DNA of 64,000 bases, taken from NCBI GenBank assembly GCA_023229525.1, contig JALNZC010000001.1, positions 31,860 to 95,859 of the forward strand, read 5' to 3'. The position numbers and the translations under genes were made by a program. The DNA comes from Bacteroidales bacterium (GTDB taxonomy: Bacteria > Bacteroidota > Bacteroidia > Bacteroidales > FEN-979). Of this stretch, positions 44,490 through 53,750 are shown piece after piece (within the stretch, counting starts at the first letter, position 1; each line of letters begins with the position of its first letter). The notes beneath the pieces were generated by a model, which did not search any database, was not told the origin of the DNA, and saw nothing but the letters and a program-made list of their open reading frames with translations.

Positions 44490-45242
44490 TTACTCTATTT
44501 CAATGGTTTTGGCAACTTTCAGCGACGCATAAACCGCAGCCAGAAACGACCACATAAATCCGGGATAACCGTCGAGAAATCCCAGCTTGATAAAATAAAA
44601 GGAAATAAAACTCGCCGGAAATTTAATGGCTACCCAAAGCTTTGAAAAGGATTTCTTTTGGGCATGATATCCTTCGGCTGCCTGGGACGTATAGATGTTT
44701 ATCTTTTCGAGATGGTGGCTGATATTCCGGTAAGAATAGTGAACTATTTTACCGCTCATAACCCCAATGGCGCCATCAACCTCGATGCCTTCATGTACCG
44801 GGACATCAGTAAACCGGCCCCGTGTACGATTGAAAATGCGCAAATGATATTCTTTCCCAACCCCGCTGTGATTCAGAATTTTTCCCATAAAGTATAATGA
44901 AAACGGTATCCTGAACCCTGCATCCTGTATCTTATTTCCCGGATCCTGCTTTAATTCCACGATCTCCTGCTGAAGTTCGGGAGAGACGATTTCGTCTGCA
45001 TCCACCGAAAATACCCAGTCGTTTAAGGCCTGGTCAATGGCAAATTGCTTTTGCCTTCCATAGCCATCGAAAGGACGCTGAATGACCCGGCAGCCAAATT
45101 CTCGGCACAGATCTGCAGTCCGGTCAGTTGAAAAGGAATCGACGACGATGATTTCATCAGCAACCGGGTTTACCGATTTCAGACACCGGAGGATGACTTT
45201 TTCCTCGTTATGCGCGATAATGACCACCGATAATCGACGCAT
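44490..45242 (-). CDS. Family 2 glycosyltransferase
   Basis: LSVVIIAHNEE, VVDSFSTDRT, DADE (DxD) motifs. Confidence 0.85.
   Translation of the reverse strand: MRRLSVVIIAHNEEKVILRCLKSVNPVADEIIVVDSFSTDRTADLCREFGCRVIQRPFDGYGRQKQFAIDQALNDWVFSVDADEIVSPELQQEIVELKQDPGNKIQDAGFRIPFSLYFMGKILNHSGVGKEYHLRIFNRTRGRFTDVPVHEGIEVDGAIGVMSGKIVHYSYRNISHHLEKINIYTSQAAEGYHAQKKSFSKLWVAIKFPASFISFYFIKLGFLDGYPGFMWSFLAAVYASLKVAKTIEIE
44907..44948 (+). repeat. Heptamer array YATCCTG-like x6 inside the GT2 gene
   Basis: tatcctg aaccctg catcctg tatctta tttcccg gatcctg. The coding (minus) strand reads QDPGNKIQDAGFRIP. Confidence 0.7.
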
Positions 45243-45259
45243 GAATTATTTTTTTATAA

Positions 45260-46060
45260 TTATATCTTTATATCGATTGAAAACTTATCCCAGTCCATAC
45301 CCATCGTGAAAGATTCCCTGAATAGTTCCAAATCCCGTCCGGATAAATTTTGGGTATGAACGTTTTCGGTTCCAGGTTCAGTGGCAAATAACACCGTTCC
45401 TTTTCCGTCAACCACCATGGAATCACCGGAATGCCGGATTTCATGACCATCAAGGCCGATCCGGTTAACACCGACAACACAGGCCTGGTTTTCCATAGCC
45501 CGTGCCATCAGCAATGTTTTCCATACATGTGCCCGGATGGTTGGCCAGTTGGCAAGAAATACCAAAAGGTCATATTCATATTTTCCATCCCGCCAGGTAT
45601 TTTTGCTCCAAACCGGAAACCGGAGATCATAACAAATCAACGGTAAAATATTCCAGCCATTGATCTGAAGTATGCATTTTTTATCTCCTTCATTAAAAAT
45701 CCGAAACTCTTCACTCAAACGAAACAGGTGACGTTTATCGTATGTTTCATAACGTCCATCTGGAAACATTGCGATAAGACGATTATAAAACACCGCTCTT
45801 TCCCGGATCAGGATTGTCGCCATAACGACAGCATTTTTTTCACTTGCTTTACGCCGTAAAAATTGTACCGACCTGCCTTCCATTGTTTCTGAACACAATC
45901 CAGGGTTGATGGAAAAACCGGTATTGAACATTTCGGGCAGAAGGATAAGATCAACAGGTTCGCGGATGGTGTCTATCAACCGGTCAAAATGGTCCAGGTT
46001 CTTATCTGCCTGCTCCCAGAACAACTCAGTTTGAATAAATGATATCTTGAGATCCTGCAT
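45260..46060 (-). CDS. Carbon-nitrogen hydrolase family amidase (omega-amidase/YafV-like)
   Basis: MQDLKISFIQ start, catalytic Glu (LPEMF), Lys and Cys (LICYDLRFP). ATG 46060 chosen; the longer tracked ORF would overlap pgk and its promoter. Confidence 0.85.
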   Translation of the reverse strand: MQDLKISFIQTELFWEQADKNLDHFDRLIDTIREPVDLILLPEMFNTGFSINPGLCSETMEGRSVQFLRRKASEKNAVVMATILIRERAVFYNRLIAMFPDGRYETYDKRHLFRLSEEFRIFNEGDKKCILQINGWNILPLICYDLRFPVWSKNTWRDGKYEYDLLVFLANWPTIRAHVWKTLLMARAMENQACVVGVNRIGLDGHEIRHSGDSMVVDGKGTVLFATEPGTENVHTQNLSGRDLELFRESFTMGMDWDKFSIDIKI

Positions 46061-46122
46061 GGCCTTCCGATTAAAAATCAAGGTAAAATTAGAAATATAT
46101 GCGTTGTGGTCTGTAAATATTT

Positions 46123-46130
46123 TAATTTTG
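46123..46130 (+). promoter_or_regulatory. -7 box TAATTTTG for pgk
   Basis: TAnnTTTG match 28 nt upstream of ATG 46158. Confidence 0.5.
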
Positions 46131-46157
46131 CCCTGAAACACGAAAACATAATTTCTT

Positions 46158-47351
46158 ATGCGAACCATTGATAATTATCATTTTAAAGATAAAAAAGCGC
46201 TTATCCGGGTTGACTTCAATGTTCCTCTGGATAGTTCTTACAAAATAACCGATACTTCCCGGATTGATGCCACGATTCCAACCATAAACAAGATTTTGAA
46301 AGAAGGTGGCGCAGTTATTTTAATGTCGCATCTGGGACGTCCGAAAGGAGGCCCGGAAGAAAAATATTCGCTTCGTCATGTAGTCCCATATTTGACTCAG
46401 ACATTAAATGTTCCGGTTAAATTTGCCGACGATTGTATCGGACAATCCGCCATAGACCTTGCAGCGTCATTAAAACCAGGGGAAGTACTGTTGCTCGAAA
46501 ATCTCCGGTTTTATAAAGAAGAAGAAAAAGGAGATGATGTATTTGCCCGGAAACTGGCTAATCTGGGCGATGTTTATGTGAACGATGCGTTCGGCACTGC
46601 GCACAGAGCCCATGCTTCAACAGCAGTTATTGCGAAATTTTTCCCGGTTGATAAGATGTTTGGTTATGTCATGGCCAACGAAATCATCAATATTGATAAA
46701 TGTCTGAAAGAAGCAAAACGTCCGTTTACCGCCATTCTGGGCGGTGCCAAGGTTTCCACCAAGATTGAGATCATCAATCACCTGATGGATAAAGTCGATA
46801 ACCTCATTATCGGAGGTGGCATGATGTTTACATTTATCAAAGCATTGGGTGGTGAAATCGGCGCCTCCATGGTAGAAGAGGAGTACCTGGAACTTGCGAA
46901 AAACATCGTGGAAGGCGCCAAATCTATGGGAGTTAACCTCTACCTGCCCCCCGATGCCATTCTGGCCGACACGTTTTCGAATGATGCCAATATAAAAACC
47001 AGCAGCGCCTATGATATCCAGATTCCATGGATGGGCCTCGATATCGGCCCTTCTGCTTGTAAGAAATTTAATCTGGTGATTGAACAATCGGGTACGATCC
47101 TCTGGAATGGTCCAATGGGCGTGTTTGAAATGAACAATTTCGAAGAAGGCACCCGTGTTGTTGCAACCGCGCTGGCAAAAGCGACTGCCAACGGCACTTT
47201 TACCCTTGTCGGGGGTGGCGATTCCGTGGCCGCGATAAATAAGTACGGACTTGCCAGTAAGGTAAGTTACGTATCAACCGGTGGTGGCGCCATGCTTGAA
47301 TACATCGAAGGTAAAGTCCTTCCCGGAATTCAGGCGATCCTTAATGATTGA
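46158..47351 (+). CDS. pgk: Phosphoglycerate kinase
   Basis: [21 protein letters not shown] motifs, 397 aa. Confidence 0.97.
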   Translation: MRTIDNYHFKDKKALIRVDFNVPLDSSYKITDTSRIDATIPTINKILKEGGAVILMSHLGRPKGGPEEKYSLRHVVPYLTQTLNVPVKFADDCIGQSAIDLAASLKPGEVLLLENLRFYKEEEKGDDVFARKLANLGDVYVNDAFGTAHRAHASTAVIAKFFPVDKMFGYVMANEIINIDKCLKEAKRPFTAILGGAKVSTKIEIINHLMDKVDNLIIGGGMMFTFIKALGGEIGASMVEEEYLELAKNIVEGAKSMGVNLYLPPDAILADTFSNDANIKTSSAYDIQIPWMGLDIGPSACKKFNLVIEQSGTILWNGPMGVFEMNNFEEGTRVVATALAKATANGTFTLVGGGDSVAAINKYGLASKVSYVSTGGGAMLEYIEGKVLPGIQAILND

Positions 47352-47393
47352 ATATAATTCTGAGTAGTATCCCGGAATAGGGGATATAAATAC

Positions 47394-47903
47394 TTACCAT
47401 TTCGGGATTTTGATCTCCCCTTTGAACCACTTCATCATTTTTGGGAAAACCCCGGAAATTTTTGTGTAGGAATAGGATTCACTTTTGTTTTTGGCAGTTA
47501 TAAATTTACTTTGCGGATCTAAATAAGTTAAAAGAAATATCAGGATACTGGCAAGGATAATTCCTTTGGCCAGTCCCAGAATTGCCCCGCCTAGCCGGTT
47601 AAGGAATCCAAGCCCGATAACATCTGCGAATTTTTCAGTAAGCCTGGCCACAATAATGACTCCGATCACGACAAGTAAAAAGGTAATGGTAAAGGAAAGG
47701 ATCGGGAGGGCGGTTGCAGATGGATGAAACCATTTTACAAGAATGTTATTGAAGAAATTCGAAAAATGTACCGCGGCATATATTCCCAGAATAAGGGCCG
47801 CAATAGTAGCCAGGCTGACAATGATCCCTTTCCGGTAGCCACCGATTACAAAAAGTGCGATAAAAACAATCAGGATAAAATCAATGAAATTCATGGGAGG
47901 CAT
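47394..47903 (-). CDS. cvpA: CvpA-family membrane protein
   Basis: NFIDFILIVFIALFVIGGYRKGII start and four TMs typical of CvpA. The start could be 47894. Confidence 0.75.
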   Translation of the reverse strand: MPPMNFIDFILIVFIALFVIGGYRKGIIVSLATIAALILGIYAAVHFSNFFNNILVKWFHPSATALPILSFTITFLLVVIGVIIVARLTEKFADVIGLGFLNRLGGAILGLAKGIILASILIFLLTYLDPQSKFITAKNKSESYSYTKISGVFPKMMKWFKGEIKIPKW

Positions 47904-47906
47904 GTG

Positions 47907-48653
47907 CTATCTTTTTAACCTGGAAGTCAATTCTGTTCCGAAAACAAATTCATTCAGCTCCGGGTTCTCGGTGTATAAGATGGTTTCCTTATCACCCTTC
48001 CACCACAATTCACCCTTGTAAATGAAAACTACACTGTCGCCAATGCTGAGCACTGAATTCATATCGTGGGTGTTCACAATTGTTGTGATGTTGTATTCCT
48101 GGGTGATCTCCCTGATCAGGTGATCAATCACCCCCGAAGTTTGAGGGTCAAGCCCGGAATTGGGTTCGTCACAGAAAAGATATTGCGGGTTCATTGCAAT
48201 GGCGCGGGCAATGGCCACACGCTTACGCATTCCACCGCTTAATTCGGAAGGCATGAGGCGATTTACATCTTCAAGGTTCACCCGTTTCAAAACAAAATTG
48301 ACCCTCCCCAATTTTTCTTCCAACGATTGATCGGTAAACATGTTTAACGGGAACATGACGTTTTGTTCAACATTCATTGAATCGAACAAGGCGCCTCCCT
48401 GGAACAGCATACCTATTTCGCGACGAAGGGTTTTACGCTGTTCGAAATTCATCTTGGTAAAATCGCGCTCATCATATATGACTTTGCCATTATCAACTTC
48501 AAATAATCCTACCAGGCATTTCATCAATACCGTTTTACCGGAACCACTTTGGCCGATGATCAGGTTGGTTTTCCCTTTTTCAAAAGTGCAGGAGACATTT
48601 ATCAGCACATGATGTCCCGCAAAGGTCTTGTCGATGTTCCGGGCTTCAATCAT
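47907..48653 (-). CDS. mlaF: ABC transporter ATP-binding protein (MlaF-like)
   Basis: Walker A GQSGSGKT, signature LSGGMRKRVAIARA, Walker B LFCDEP; overlaps the mlaE stop by 4 nt. Confidence 0.85.
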   Translation of the reverse strand: MIEARNIDKTFAGHHVLINVSCTFEKGKTNLIIGQSGSGKTVLMKCLVGLFEVDNGKVIYDERDFTKMNFEQRKTLRREIGMLFQGGALFDSMNVEQNVMFPLNMFTDQSLEEKLGRVNFVLKRVNLEDVNRLMPSELSGGMRKRVAIARAIAMNPQYLFCDEPNSGLDPQTSGVIDHLIREITQEYNITTIVNTHDMNSVLSIGDSVVFIYKGELWWKGDKETILYTENPELNEFVFGTELTSRLKR

Positions 48654-49393
48654 GTGAGCAGAAGTTGGGTTAAGACCAAGTTGAACAAGATGATGATGAC
48701 ACTGCTGAAAACAACCGCGTTGGTGCTGGCCTGGCCGACTTCCAGCGCCCCGCCGCGGGTTTCATAACCAAAAAAACCCGAGATCGAAGAGATAATAAAT
48801 GCAAAAAATACCGTTTTGGTAAGGGCGTAAAAAATCGTGTATCCTTCAAAATCAATCCGAATTCCCTGAACAAAATCGTTAGTGGATACCAGTCCGGTAG
48901 CAACCATGGCGATCCATCCGCCCAGGATTCCCATCCACATGCTGAAAACGATCAAAACCGGGTTGATCAGTATCGAAGCAACAACCTTCGGAAAAATAAG
49001 GTAATTGGCTGAGTTTACACCCATAATCTCGAGGGCGTCGATCTGTTCGGTAACCCGCATGGTGCCAATCTCCGAGGCAATCCGCGAACCGACTTTCCCC
49101 GCCAGGATCAGGCTGATAACCGTGGGTGAAAATTCCAGGATGACGCTTTGACGGACCGTAAATCCCACCATCGACATCGGAATGAGCGGACTGTCAATAT
49201 TATAGGCGGTTTGAATGGCCACGACAGCTCCCATGAACATTGAGATAAAGGCAACGATGCCCAGGGATTCCAATCCAAGGTTGTTGATTTCAGTAAGCAT
49301 CTGATTCCAGAAGATTCCCCGTTTCTGCGGAGGTGTGAACACTCTCTTCATGAGCATCACATAATTCCCGGTGGTTGAGAATACTTTGAACAT
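48650..49393 (-). CDS. mlaE: MlaE-family ABC transporter permease
   Basis: Five TMs with a conserved ..RVTEQIDALEIMG.. segment. Confidence 0.85.
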   Translation of the reverse strand: MFKVFSTTGNYVMLMKRVFTPPQKRGIFWNQMLTEINNLGLESLGIVAFISMFMGAVVAIQTAYNIDSPLIPMSMVGFTVRQSVILEFSPTVISLILAGKVGSRIASEIGTMRVTEQIDALEIMGVNSANYLIFPKVVASILINPVLIVFSMWMGILGGWIAMVATGLVSTNDFVQGIRIDFEGYTIFYALTKTVFFAFIISSISGFFGYETRGGALEVGQASTNAVVFSSVIIILFNLVLTQLLLT

Positions 49394-49667
49394 AAAATGT
49401 TTTTGCTAAAATACCATTTTTATAAAATAGTTCGTTCATATTATGCTTAATTATTAAACAATGATTAAACAATGATTATTTCGTGAATATAAACTTCTAC
49501 TTTCGGGATAAAACGTATCCGTATACATGTTTCCCGTTCATAACTTTCAGAATAGGACTTTCGCGGGTGCGTCTATTTTTTCTGATCTTTGCATCCATGA
49601 TCCTGATCCTTGAAGGATCATGCAGTTCGCAGCATTATCCGGTAAATCACAAACACCGCCCTAAAAA

Positions 49668-50375
49668 GTGCAATTGTCCCTCTTTTGGTCAAAACCCCGT
49701 ATTACCAAATCCATTCCGGAAACAGATTTCAGGGTGATCCGTTCAACTTTTGATCAAAGAATACCTGACGCGGCCTTGCCCATTATTCTTAGCCTGATAC
49801 ACGATGACAATCTGCAACTGAAAATAACACCCCACCGGTCCTCAAAATCAGGTGATTTCAGGGCTGCCCACGGTAAATATCCAGCCCGCATTTCGGTGAA
49901 TGGGAATCTTAATCAATATGCATTCCTGATCACCCTCATACACGAGCTCGCCCATTATCATACCTGGCGGAACCATCGGCATCCCAAACATATCTTAACG
50001 TTGTGCAAGAGTCCACAGCCGCGACCCCATGGGAAAGAGTGGAAAAACCAGTTTCATTCACTGATGCAGCCTTTCCTGAATGAAGCGGTTTTTCCCAACG
50101 ATATATTACCGTTGTTGCGCTGTTACCTTGAAAATCCAAAAGCGTCTACCGGAGCAGATCATCTTCTGTCCAGGGCGCTCCTAAAATATGATCCGTCCGA
50201 TCAGACCCTTTGCCTGGATGAACTCCCTCCAAATGCTGTTTTCACTATTAACGGCAAACGCCGTTTCCGTAAAAAGGAGCTGGTGCGCAAACGTTACAAA
50301 TGTATATGCCTCGGCACAAACCGTGTTTACCTGGTCAGTCCTCTTGCACCGGTAAGAATGATAGATGACGTTTGA
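49668..50375 (+). CDS. SprT-like zinc metalloprotease domain protein
   Basis: LITLIHELAHY (HExxH) preceded by ..SKSGDFR.....ISVNGNLNQYAF... The start is uncertain (GTG 49668 or GTG 49734). Confidence 0.7.
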   Translation: MQLSLFWSKPRITKSIPETDFRVIRSTFDQRIPDAALPIILSLIHDDNLQLKITPHRSSKSGDFRAAHGKYPARISVNGNLNQYAFLITLIHELAHYHTWRNHRHPKHILTLCKSPQPRPHGKEWKNQFHSLMQPFLNEAVFPNDILPLLRCYLENPKASTGADHLLSRALLKYDPSDQTLCLDELPPNAVFTINGKRRFRKKELVRKRYKCICLGTNRVYLVSPLAPVRMIDDV

Positions 50376-50397
50376 CTTTTCCCTTTAATTTTAATTT

Positions 50398-50405
50398 TAC
50401 TTTTG
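50398..50405 (+). promoter_or_regulatory. -7 box TACTTTTG for manC
   Basis: TAnnTTTG match 31 nt upstream of ATG 50436; it overlaps the tracked ORF start, which argues against that start. Confidence 0.45.
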
Positions 50406-50435
50406 TATGTTTGTATGAATTTAAAACCCGATTGC

Positions 50436-51539
50436 ATGGACAACTCTAAACACAACTTTTGCGTAATCATGGCAGGGGGCATCGGCGCCCGTTTCTGGCC
50501 TATGAGCCGAACCTCCCATCCGAAACAATTCATCGATATCCTCGGTACCGGCGAAACGCTGATCCAGCAAACATATCGACGTTTTAAACGGATATGTCCG
50601 AAAGAAAACATATATGTCGTCACCAACGAACTTTATAAGACACTGGTACAGGAACAATTACCGGAACTGGCGCTCCGGCAGATCCTCCTGGAACCATTCC
50701 GCCGCAACACTGCGCCCTGTATAGCTTATGCCAATTATTGCATTCTTGCCAGGGATCCGGATGCACGCATCGTTGTTGCCCCATCCGATCACGTTATCCT
50801 CAAGGAAGATCTATTTCTGCAAAATGTTCAATCGGCGCTTGAAGCTGCTTCCGAACACGATTGGTTACTTACTCTCGGATTGCGTCCCAGCAGGCCTGAT
50901 ACCGGTTATGGATACATCCAGTACCTCGAAGGGAAAACCAATGTTTATCCAAAGGAAAAACACATAAAAAAAGTCAAGACGTTTACAGAAAAACCCAATC
51001 AGGAGCTGGCAGAAACATTTGTCAAATGCGGTGATTTTTTATGGAATTCCGGAATTTTTATCTGGTCGTTGAAAAGCATCATGAGAGCCTTTGAACAACA
51101 TCTATCCGAAGTAAATGTGCTTTTTAAACAAGGCATCGGTAAATACGGAACTAAGAAAGAAAAAGAATTTATTATAAACACTTACACTATTTGTAAAAGC
51201 ATATCCATTGACTATGGATTGATGGAATCCGCATCAAACGTTTATGTTTTGGCGGCAGATTTCGGCTGGTCCGACCTGGGAACCTGGGGCTCGCTTTATG
51301 AAAACCGTCTCAAGGACAGCAATGGCAATTCCGTGATAGGAAAAAATGTAATGATCTATGAATCCACGAACTGCATCGTCAATATGCCCAACGAAAAAGT
51401 GGTTGTTCTGGAAGGCCTGAACGATTTCATTGTGGTTGATTCCGATAACGTGCTGTTGATATGCCGGAAATCGGACGAACAACAAATCCGGCAATACGTC
51501 AACGACGTTATGCTCGAAAAAGGGGAAAAATTTGTGTAA
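50436..51539 (+). CDS. manC: Mannose-1-phosphate guanylyltransferase
   Basis: VIMAGGIGARFWPMSR nucleotidyl-transferase motif, ..APSDH.., GYGYI. Confidence 0.85.
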   Translation: MDNSKHNFCVIMAGGIGARFWPMSRTSHPKQFIDILGTGETLIQQTYRRFKRICPKENIYVVTNELYKTLVQEQLPELALRQILLEPFRRNTAPCIAYANYCILARDPDARIVVAPSDHVILKEDLFLQNVQSALEAASEHDWLLTLGLRPSRPDTGYGYIQYLEGKTNVYPKEKHIKKVKTFTEKPNQELAETFVKCGDFLWNSGIFIWSLKSIMRAFEQHLSEVNVLFKQGIGKYGTKKEKEFIINTYTICKSISIDYGLMESASNVYVLAADFGWSDLGTWGSLYENRLKDSNGNSVIGKNVMIYESTNCIVNMPNEKVVVLEGLNDFIVVDSDNVLLICRKSDEQQIRQYVNDVMLEKGEKFV

Positions 51540-51568
51540 TCACAATTCTGATTGCACCAACCATCAAA

Positions 51569-53242
51569 TCATTCAGCTCCTGAATGTAATTTCTTCCGAA
51601 CCTTCTTTGTAAAGTAAAGAGACGCCCCAAGCGAAATAACTGCAAGAAATAGAAAAGCCAACACCCTGTAACCTGTTTCCAGATGCGATAAATCAACAAA
51701 GAACAGGTAGAACCCGGTAAACAGCACGGTTGCAATGGCCATCCAGCGATATTTGATAAGTTTCATGATAAGGCTCATCATAAAATAAAACACGGCCGCA
51801 CAGGTCCAGGAGAGGGTGACATATTGTTTCGGTACCACATGGTACAGCGCAAACAGCATCGTAAAGAACAAGGCGATCAGGTAGATATTTCGGATCATCT
51901 CAGTTTTTAGTGTCAATCGCTCTTTTTTCCAGTTAATCACTCGCGCACTGATAAAAGCGGTGATGACAAATGCAAAATTTACCCTGTCAACCGGTGGATA
52001 AAATATCATATAGAAAACCAGGATCCCGACAAATAAAATAGTATTCATAACCACGATGATCTTTGAACGAAACCATAACGCCCATGAAACGACAAGGAGA
52101 CTTTGGAGTGCCAGCAGCCATAACGCATTCGGAAGTTTTGAATAGCCATATACTGCGACACTCAAGGCAATGAAGCTATAAATTGCATAAAACGACGAGT
52201 CAAATACCCGGCTTGTTCTGTATTTAAGGAATATCGAATATAACAAGCATAACACAGAGATCATGGTAAATATCCAGACATAATTATCTGCATAGAATGA
52301 GGCAACCACAAATAACATAATGACAGAAAAACTAATGCCATTGATCAGTATTGTGGCCGGATAAATACTATCGGGAAATCTGTCATTCTGTTTTATCATC
52401 GGAACAATTGAAAAGATGGTTCCATAGATAAAAAGACATAATAAGTTGAAAGGGTGAGTCTTAAATGCACCGATGGGATTTCCCATGATCGGGTTATTCA
52501 ATAACCATATGCCCTGGGCGACGTACACTAAGACCAGTGTCACAAGCATTAAATGCCACCATCCATAACGAAAAAAAAGGTAGGTTGAAAAAGTGGCCGA
52601 AATAATTAATACAGGGATGGTGAAGAATGTTGAATCTGCAATAATCGCAGTGGCGATGGAAAGCAGCAGGGCAATTCCTGCCAGCAACTCCGAATTACGC
52701 TGGATCGCTATGAAACATTGTACTCCGATAACAGTATACAAAAGGACCAGGACGATTCCTTTTACCGGAATTACAGGTTGATTTATAAAGAAAAACAAAC
52801 GCAGTGTAATATAATAGACCAGTAAGTGGGCGCTGAGATTCAACATAAAAGAAAGGTGTGTGAATGAATTCCGCAGATACCAGGCCAAAAAGAATACACC
52901 GGCTACGGCTCCATATCCAACCATGCTGGCCAACAATCCACTAAGATAATTCCTTGCAAAATGGGAAAGGAATACAATCCCGAAAAGTAAAACAAGGCTT
53001 CCGAACCAAGCCAGTCCGTATTCGAAAATATTAGACTCAATCAAGCCTTTATCCATCAGAATTTCTTCCGCGGCTTCATCATCTGTTTGTTCAGGGTGGT
53101 ATCGTGACGGCTGAGCCGATACCATTCCTTTCACCGTACTGTCGAGTTGCCCTTCAATCATGCCAATCCTCATTTCAAGGGAATTAACTTTATCGTTCAA
53201 TTCCCGGAAGCCTGTCGATTGATCCTGATCTTCCTGTGACAT
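51569..53242 (-). CDS. Large polytopic membrane protein (DUF2339-like), last gene of the NrfCD/cytochrome c cluster
   Basis: N-terminal coiled coil, then about 16 predicted TMs. The start is 11 nt downstream of the cytochrome c stop. The family call is tentative. Confidence 0.5.
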   Translation of the reverse strand: MSQEDQDQSTGFRELNDKVNSLEMRIGMIEGQLDSTVKGMVSAQPSRYHPEQTDDEAAEEILMDKGLIESNIFEYGLAWFGSLVLLFGIVFLSHFARNYLSGLLASMVGYGAVAGVFFLAWYLRNSFTHLSFMLNLSAHLLVYYITLRLFFFINQPVIPVKGIVLVLLYTVIGVQCFIAIQRNSELLAGIALLLSIATAIIADSTFFTIPVLIISATFSTYLFFRYGWWHLMLVTLVLVYVAQGIWLLNNPIMGNPIGAFKTHPFNLLCLFIYGTIFSIVPMIKQNDRFPDSIYPATILINGISFSVIMLFVVASFYADNYVWIFTMISVLCLLYSIFLKYRTSRVFDSSFYAIYSFIALSVAVYGYSKLPNALWLLALQSLLVVSWALWFRSKIIVVMNTILFVGILVFYMIFYPPVDRVNFAFVITAFISARVINWKKERLTLKTEMIRNIYLIALFFTMLFALYHVVPKQYVTLSWTCAAVFYFMMSLIMKLIKYRWMAIATVLFTGFYLFFVDLSHLETGYRVLAFLFLAVISLGASLYFTKKVRKKLHSGAE

Positions 53243-53253
53243 AACTTACCTCC

Positions 53254-53673
53254 TTATTTTGCTGCCAAAGTCCTGATATAATTTACAATTGACCAGCGTC
53301 CGCTATCTTCCGGAACATTTTTTTTAAAAGAGGGCATTTTTTCTTTTCCTTCCGATATCTGAAAGAAAATTTCACCATCGGATTGGGCTTGAAATTTTTT
53401 GGCAGAAAAGTCGCTACAGGATACATCCAGGCTTGCTGCCTTAGGACCATCGCCTAACCCTGCACTTCCATGACACGACTTGCAATGTTTTGCAAAAAGG
53501 TCTTTCCCATCGGCTACACTTGCTTTACTCACTGCCACCGGATTTTTGGTGGTTTTGAATTTGACCGGGATGTTCCATTTACTTGCAGTTTGAGCCTGAC
53601 TGTTGAAACTGATTGAAAACACAAGGAACATCCCCATTGAAAATGCAATAAACCTCAATTGTAATGATTTCAT
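53254..53673 (-). CDS. Monoheme c-type cytochrome, secreted
   Basis: Signal peptide, single CKSCHG heme-binding motif, distal Met candidate (KEKMPSF). Confidence 0.85.
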   Translation of the reverse strand: MKSLQLRFIAFSMGMFLVFSISFNSQAQTASKWNIPVKFKTTKNPVAVSKASVADGKDLFAKHCKSCHGSAGLGDGPKAASLDVSCSDFSAKKFQAQSDGEIFFQISEGKEKMPSFKKNVPEDSGRWSIVNYIRTLAAK

Positions 53674-53750
53674 AGAATTTGAATTTTTAGTTGTTAATAT
53701 ATTTATTAGTGTTGATTATTTGATGATTTGATAATTTGATTATTTTAAAA

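Noticed and set aside
46061-46168. N-terminal 36-codon extension of the C-N hydrolase ORF
   Set aside because: It would overlap the pgk start and its -7 box. The family's conserved N-terminus begins at MQDLKISFIQ.
49446-49475. ATTAAACAATG x2 direct repeat upstream of mlaE
   Set aside because: Only two copies in an AT-rich promoter region; insufficient evidence for function.
49483-49737. 84-aa ORF upstream of, and overlapping, the SprT-like gene
   Set aside because: No motif, odd composition, overlaps the better-supported SprT-like frame. It may only reflect uncertainty about the SprT start.
53712-53743. TTGATNAT x4 octamer repeat between the NrfD stop and the cytochrome c start
   Set aside because: Short, AT-rich and plausible by chance in an AT-rich spacer. 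Noted, but not strong enough to call a regulatory array.
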